Of a DNA stretch of 64,000 bases, positions 58,274 through 64,000 are shown piece by piece. Numbering within the stretch: position 1 is the first letter of the stretch; each line of letters starts with the position of its first letter. The position numbers were made by a program, and so were the translations under genes. This stretch comes from Azolla caroliniana (Eukaryota; Plantae; Polypodiophyta), in assembly GCA_043228905.1 (NCBI GenBank), contig JBHGNT010000005.1, forward strand, positions 10,726,001-10,790,000. The letters are read 5' to 3'. Under the pieces are notes generated by a model. It had not been told where the DNA came from, searched no databases, and saw nothing but the letters and a program-made list of their open reading frames with translations.

Positions 58274-61200
58274 TTGAACGCAGTTGGAACGATCTCTCCA
58301 AATGAGACCTCTCAACCCCAATCCGCATCTCGCACACAAGCTGAGATCACTATTGAGCAATTGCTCACTACTACCTTGAATCAATTGGCCGAAATGAGAC
58401 AGGCCAATATGGCATTGGAAAAGAAATTCCAAGAATTAACTATTGAGTCCAAGAAAGAAGGTGAACCTTCCTTCGTAGTCACGCCTTTCAAGGGAGATAA
58501 GAAAGAAAGAACCGAGGAGGCCATTAGCACTTGGCTTGGTCGTTGGGAGTCTCACTTTGAGCTTCATCCCAAGCCAGATGCAGTAAAAATTGGTTATGTC
58601 GGTCGTGAGTTAGGTGGCCGAGCTGCTGCTTGGTGGCGTGGCCTAAGGACCGCAAAAAACTTACCCACAACTTGGGAAGGTTTCGTTGATGTTTTTAAGA
58701 AACAATTCTTGCAGCCACCTTCTCAAACCGAACAAGCGCAACACTTGCTCACATTGTCTAGTAAGCCATTTACCTCTCTCGAGGATTATGTGCATCACGC
58801 TCGGACCCAGATCCAAAAATCGGGACTTACGGGTGAGAAATGGTTTGTCGCTTGTTTTTTGAATGGTATTCCCAATGGGGATTATCATTGGATTGTCCAT
58901 GACAAGGACCCCACAACTTTCGAGGAAGCCGTCAACATTGTGCTGCGATACCATAGGACTTCCAAGAAAGACCACAATAAACCTGAGTTCGCCAAAACTC
59001 CGAATGTCAAGTTCATTGGGAAACGTAAGCAATCCAGTGACACTCTTGACCGCGACTCAAAGAAACCGAACCTCTTCTGTGCATATTGCAAGAAGCGGGG
59101 CCACACAAAGGATACCTGTCGTCGTCTTGAGAGGAAGTCAATGAACACCCCTCCTCAAGACAAATCTACGAGTCACACAGGTGAGTCTTTTGATATTGTT
59201 GAAGTTCATACCAATCACTTAAGTTTATGTGAATGCACTTTTCCTTCACATTTACTTGGACCTAATGATTTACTCCGAGCAGTCGGATATATCAATGGAA
59301 CACAAGCACATTTCTTGTTTGATTCCGATAGTTCTCACAATTTTCTTAATGATCACTTTGTGCAGCAAATGGAGCTCCACATAAACGCAAGTGATCATAT
59401 CTATCAAGTTCACATGGCAAATGGAAACGTTCAATACATCAGTGGCATTGTTTGTCAACTGCCAATTCAAATAGATACTTATTTGGAGAAGCTTGACTTT
59501 CATGTTATGAAATTACAATCCGCAGATGTCATTTTAGGATATCCTTGGTTTTTTAATAAAAACCCTTCTTTGTCCATTGATTGGGTTAATCACTCAATCA
59601 CATTTGAACTTAATAATTGTAAACATTTTATTCAATGTTCCAAACTTCCTTCTCATTCACTTGTGTCTTCTAAATCTTTAAGTGAGTATTCTAGTTCATT
59701 AATTTATTCGTGTGTAATTGATCCGGCGGTTCAATTTTATTATTTTAATATTGACGCCACACAAATACCACATTTTGAGCAACGATTACTCGACTCTATT
59801 TTAGAGGATTTTCAAGATGTGTTTCCTACTAAATTACCGCTTACTTTACCACCTAAACGTAATGTGGACCATCAAATTGAACTCATCCCTGGGGCTGCTC
59901 CTGTGAGCATTCCACCTTACCGACTTAGTCGATTAGAAGAGGATGAGATCGCTAAACAACTTAAGGAATACTTGAGTATGGGCCACATTAGGTATAGTAA
60001 ATCACCTTGGGGTGCGCCAGTTCTATTAGTCAAGAAGAAGGAAGGTTCGTGGCGAATGTGTATCAATTATCGCCGTTTGAATAAAATGACAATTAAGAAT
60101 GCATATCCATTACCTCGTGCCGATGATTTGATTGATCGTTTGCACGGGGCTCGATATTTTACGAAAATTGACTTACGAACTGGTTATCATCAGATTCGCA
60201 TCGCTGAGGATGATATTCCTAAAACCGCTTTTCGTACGCGCTATGGCCATTATGAGTTTTTAGTCATGCCATTTGGGTTGACTAATGCTCCAGCCACATT
60301 CCAACAAGCGATGAATGATGTTTTCCGAGATCAACTCGGTGATTTTGTTGTCGTCTTCTTGGATGATATTTTGATATATAGCCGTACCTTGCAAGATCAT
60401 GTTCAACATGTTCGATTTGTTTTGCGAAAGTTGCGTGACAACTCTTTCTATGCAAAACATTCAAAATGTGACTTCTTCCAAAAATCTATTGTGTACCTAG
60501 GTCATTTAATTACAGAAAATGGCGTTGAAATTGAACCTTCTCGTATTGAAAAGGTTAAACTTTGGCCCATTCCTCGTAATATTCGTGAACTTAGATCATT
60601 CTTAGGGTTTGTTGGATTTTTACGAAAATCAATTCGTAACTATTCCAAATTGACTACGCCATTAACTGACCTTTTAAAAGGTCATCCACGTAAGTCTGTC
60701 AAACCAATTTCATGGAATGAACAACTTGACAAATCATTTGAGACACTCAAGGAGCATGTGTGTCAGGCTCCCACTCTTCTATTACCAGACCCTTCTAAGC
60801 CTTTCTCAATTGAAACCGATGCTAGTGATTATGCTATTGGTGTCGTTCTTTATCAAGGTGGTCACCCTATCGCTTTTGAAAGTAAGAAGCTTGATGTTGC
60901 TCAATCTCGGTATTCGGTTCAAGAGAAAGAGTTGTTTGCGGTGATACACGCACTTAAAACATGGAGGCACTATCTCTATGGAAATAAATTTGTGGTTACA
61001 ACAGACCATCAGTCATTAAAGTATTTTTCTGACCAGCCCGATCTTGTTGGTCGTAAAGGCCGTTGGGCTGACCTTATGCAAGATTTTGATTTTTCCACAC
61101 GATATCGCAAGGGTTCTATGAACACCGTTGCTGATGCTCTTAGTCGCATTAAAGAAGTTAACATGCTTAGCTTCACGGAAATAAAATCTGATCTTTTAGA

Positions 61201-62665
61201 TCACCTTCGAGGGAAATACCTTGATGACAGTTATTTCTCAAAATACTGGACGAAAGCCGAATCTGGTTTAGATGCCGATACTAGCACCCTACCCTCGAAG
61301 GCGACCTTTCCCATTACAAACGGTTTGCTCTACCGTAGTGGAAAGGTCTGTGTTCCAGATTTACCAAATGTTAAACAGAAAATTTTTCATGAATGTCATG
61401 ATGCACCATCTGCTGGTCATCCTGGAATACAACGCACACTCGTTCTCATCTCGTGTACTTTTTTCTGGCCTAAGATGCGCTCTGACGTGCATAAATACGT
61501 AACTCAATGCTTACAATGTCAGATTAATAAGTCGGAACGACTTAAAGCTGCTGGTCTTTTACATCCCTTAGATATTCCCAACAATAAATGGGAAAGTATC
61601 TCGATGGATTTTATTGTTAGTTTACCTCGTACACAGAGGGGTCATGATGCCATATGGGTTGTCGTTGACAGGCTAACAAAATTAGCTAGATTTATTCCTA
61701 CAAAAACCACGGTAACCGCTCAACAGTTGGCTTATCAATTTGTTGATGAGTTATTTCGTTTTTATGGATTACCGATGGATATTGTTAGTGATCGAGATTC
61801 CAAGTTTACTAGTGACTTTTGGACTCAGGTCTTTAAGAAACTAGAAACTACGTTGAGCATGAGTTCCGCAGATCATCCTCAGTCTGATGGACAAACTGAA
61901 CGAGTTAATCAAATTATTGAGGACATGCTTCGAGCTTATGTAGCAAAAACCCCTTCTAAGTGGGAGCAATACCTTCCTATCTTAGAATTTGCCTATAATA
62001 GCTCTAAACATACATCCACTGGATATAGTCCTTTTATGTTGATGTATGGTTTTCAGTCACGTGCCCCAGTTGATGTCACGATTCATTGTGATACATTAGA
62101 CAGTACACGCAATTTTTTGCAAGACATGAACCAAATGTTGCATATTGCCAAAGAAAATGTCAAGACAGCTCAAGATCGTGCTCGATTTTATGCTGATCAG
62201 GATAGACGTCCTCGTGCATTTACTATTGGTCAAAAAGTTTTTTTGCGTGTCCCGACTGATTCTACGTCATTATCTACGGGCAAGTGCGCTAAGTTAGCCC
62301 CACGATATTGTGGCCCATTTGAAATCCTTAAGCGAGTTGGGTCATCTGCTTATCACCTTGCCTTACCTCGTAACGTTGGTATTCATCCTGTTTTTCACGT
62401 CAGTCGTCTAAAACCATTTTTAGGCTCTGGTGATAACACCATCACAATCCAAGATCTTGTAACATTAGAGGATTTTTCTTACAAACCTCATGTTCCTGAA
62501 CGAATTCTTGATTCTCGTACTAAACGTTTACGTTCTAAAGAGATTCGGCTATTCAAGATCAAATGGATGGATAAACCTATTGATGATGCCACATGGGAAC
62601 GCGAGCATTCGCTTAAGGCACAATTTCCTCACTTTATATTGCAAGAGTGCAATCTTTTGAAGTAG
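58274..62665 (+). CDS. Gypsy gag-pol polyprotein with C-terminal chromodomain; true start probably on an upstream exon (56586-56622)
   Basis: [23 protein letters not shown] (protease), FTKIDL...[29 protein letters not shown]...SDRD...QTER, CGPF, PERILD...[14 protein letters not shown]. Confidence 0.93.
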   Translation: MNAVGTISPNETSQPQSASRTQAEITIEQLLTTTLNQLAEMRQANMALEKKFQELTIESKKEGEPSFVVTPFKGDKKERTEEAISTWLGRWESHFELHPKPDAVKIGYVGRELGGRAAAWWRGLRTAKNLPTTWEGFVDVFKKQFLQPPSQTEQAQHLLTLSSKPFTSLEDYVHHARTQIQKSGLTGEKWFVACFLNGIPNGDYHWIVHDKDPTTFEEAVNIVLRYHRTSKKDHNKPEFAKTPNVKFIGKRKQSSDTLDRDSKKPNLFCAYCKKRGHTKDTCRRLERKSMNTPPQDKSTSHTGESFDIVEVHTNHLSLCECTFPSHLLGPNDLLRAVGYINGTQAHFLFDSDSSHNFLNDHFVQQMELHINASDHIYQVHMANGNVQYISGIVCQLPIQIDTYLEKLDFHVMKLQSADVILGYPWFFNKNPSLSIDWVNHSITFELNNCKHFIQCSKLPSHSLVSSKSLSEYSSSLIYSCVIDPAVQFYYFNIDATQIPHFEQRLLDSILEDFQDVFPTKLPLTLPPKRNVDHQIELIPGAAPVSIPPYRLSRLEEDEIAKQLKEYLSMGHIRYSKSPWGAPVLLVKKKEGSWRMCINYRRLNKMTIKNAYPLPRADDLIDRLHGARYFTKIDLRTGYHQIRIAEDDIPKTAFRTRYGHYEFLVMPFGLTNAPATFQQAMNDVFRDQLGDFVVVFLDDILIYSRTLQDHVQHVRFVLRKLRDNSFYAKHSKCDFFQKSIVYLGHLITENGVEIEPSRIEKVKLWPIPRNIRELRSFLGFVGFLRKSIRNYSKLTTPLTDLLKGHPRKSVKPISWNEQLDKSFETLKEHVCQAPTLLLPDPSKPFSIETDASDYAIGVVLYQGGHPIAFESKKLDVAQSRYSVQEKELFAVIHALKTWRHYLYGNKFVVTTDHQSLKYFSDQPDLVGRKGRWADLMQDFDFSTRYRKGSMNTVADALSRIKEVNMLSFTEIKSDLLDHLRGKYLDDSYFSKYWTKAESGLDADTSTLPSKATFPITNGLLYRSGKVCVPDLPNVKQKIFHECHDAPSAGHPGIQRTLVLISCTFFWPKMRSDVHKYVTQCLQCQINKSERLKAAGLLHPLDIPNNKWESISMDFIVSLPRTQRGHDAIWVVVDRLTKLARFIPTKTTVTAQQLAYQFVDELFRFYGLPMDIVSDRDSKFTSDFWTQVFKKLETTLSMSSADHPQSDGQTERVNQIIEDMLRAYVAKTPSKWEQYLPILEFAYNSSKHTSTGYSPFMLMYGFQSRAPVDVTIHCDTLDSTRNFLQDMNQMLHIAKENVKTAQDRARFYADQDRRPRAFTIGQKVFLRVPTDSTSLSTGKCAKLAPRYCGPFEILKRVGSSAYHLALPRNVGIHPVFHVSRLKPFLGSGDNTITIQDLVTLEDFSYKPHVPERILDSRTKRLRSKEIRLFKIKWMDKPIDDATWEREHSLKAQFPHFILQECNLLK

Positions 62666-64000
62666 GGGAGTATGTTATGTACACATAACGTTGGTGAGTG
62701 TAGGTCACTAATATTTACATTAGTGAAGGGTATGTTCACTATTATTAAAAAGGGGACTAATGATTGGATAGAATGAATGATATGTGCATGCACTATCATG
62801 ATTTAGACAACCAATGAATAGAGAGCCTTTTAGAAAGGCACATCTATTCAAGGGGCCTAGGAAAAGGTATAAATATGAGGCTTAGCTACCCTCATAGAGA
62901 GCATCACGTCGGAAGGCTGCTGTCGTAGACACCGGTGGTGCGGGCTAGGCTTTCGTCTCGACGATCGTGTTTATCTCTTCCAAGGTATTAGTCATCCTAA
63001 TATCCGGCGGTATGGGACGTCGGTGGTAGGTTGGCTATGTCTAGATCATAGCTCGGGGGTGGTCGGGTGGAACGGGTTCTTCTATCCAATCTATTTTCTT
63101 CCTTTTTACTTGATTTGGTCTATTGATTAGTAATAGACTCTTAACAATTTTGGATGGCAACCCTTGAACTCTTTTTTGTTGTTGACATTGTTGTAGTGCT
63201 TGATAGTAAACCCTTGAACTCTTTTTTGTTGTTGACATTGTTGTAGTGCTTGATAGTGCTTGAAGTAGACACTCTGTCGTTGTACAGTTGTTTGTAAATG
63301 GTTGGTGTGTCATTTTTCCAAATAGATAGCTTTCACACATGAAATCTGAATTGAAGATTTTGGATGGCAACCCTTGAACTCTTTTTTGTTGTTGACATTG
63401 TTGTAGTGCTTGATAGTGTACATGCCCAAGCCGGCAATGCCATAATTGAGTTAGTGAAGATCTTTTCTTGTGATTTTGCAGGACTGCTGAGAATGCATTT
63501 GGAGGATGACTCTGTATTTGATATAAGTGCTTCTCCTTGGGACACACCAACTGTGTACTTGTGTTTCCATTTTTGAAAAATAGAATTGCTTTCTCTTTAC
63601 AGAATTGTATTATTAGTCCGTCTACAGTTGCTTGTCCAACTGATAACAGGTGCTTAGCTAGTCCTGGTACATAATAGACATTTGGGACTGTAATCTCGTG
63701 ATTATCTAACAATCTGAGTTGATTGCTTCCTTTGCCGATTGTTGTTTTCCGTTTGTTGTCTCCAAAAGTAACTGACAGTGGGTTGGACAAAATCTAATAG
63801 AAATTTAACCAGTCCTTCTGATATGTGAGGTGATGTGTAGCTCCAATCTCTAGGTACCATGTATCATGTTCAGTTTTTGTCTCTTCTGCAATGACATGAT
63901 ATGCTCACAAAATATTGTCATCTTCTGTAATTTCATCCGAATCTCCTCCAAATTCCGTGTATTCTTCTGACTTCGAGTTTGATTTTTCTTCTAATGTTGC

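Larger units (their letters stand above)
56028..63146 (+). mobile_element. Very young full-length chromovirus-type Ty3/gypsy element
   Basis: 474-bp LTRs 56028-56501 and 62673-63146 with no difference found by eye; TSD ATTTT; PBS TGGTATCAGAGC 56503-56514; PPT AAGTAGGGGAG. Confidence 0.96.
52969..64000 (-). mobile_element. Degenerate Ty1/copia element H, extending past the window end
   Basis: 3' LTR 52969-53296 (TGTTAG...CTAACA), PPT AAGGGGGGTGTG; RH/RT 53320-54944, INT 55035-56027, pre-integrase and protease 63147-63870. Confidence 0.88.

Overview
This is eukaryotic, almost certainly land-plant, repeat-rich DNA; the element types suggest a moss or other bryophyte (inference). It contains no intact host gene. 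The whole 64 kb is a nested stack of about 20 transposable elements, whose boundaries I resolved from LTR termini, primer-binding sites (PBS), polypurine tracts (PPT), terminal inverted repeats (TIR) and target-site duplications (TSD). Two elements keep full-length ORFs: a Ty1/copia (9329-14945, 1449 aa from the ATG) and a chromodomain Ty3/gypsy with apparently identical LTRs (56028-63146). The most interesting signals are RNA-level cis-elements. (1) An H-type pseudoknot follows a U-rich site at the protease/RT junction in two divergent tRNA-Trp-primed gypsy elements, suggesting a -1 frameshift after protease. (2) A non-autonomous LTR element has a PBS complementary to the first 11 nt of its own predicted transcript (Tf1-style self-priming), and its interior is an array of hairpins. 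(3) The chromovirus has a probable 1.6-kb leader intron that supplies the missing ATG, and the intron carries a 28-nt hairpin identical in a divergent relative. (4) A TGT...ACA foldback element has a 5-bp TSD. (5) A hAT transposon carries a captured PPR gene fragment. All alignments and structures were read by eye and none were computed.
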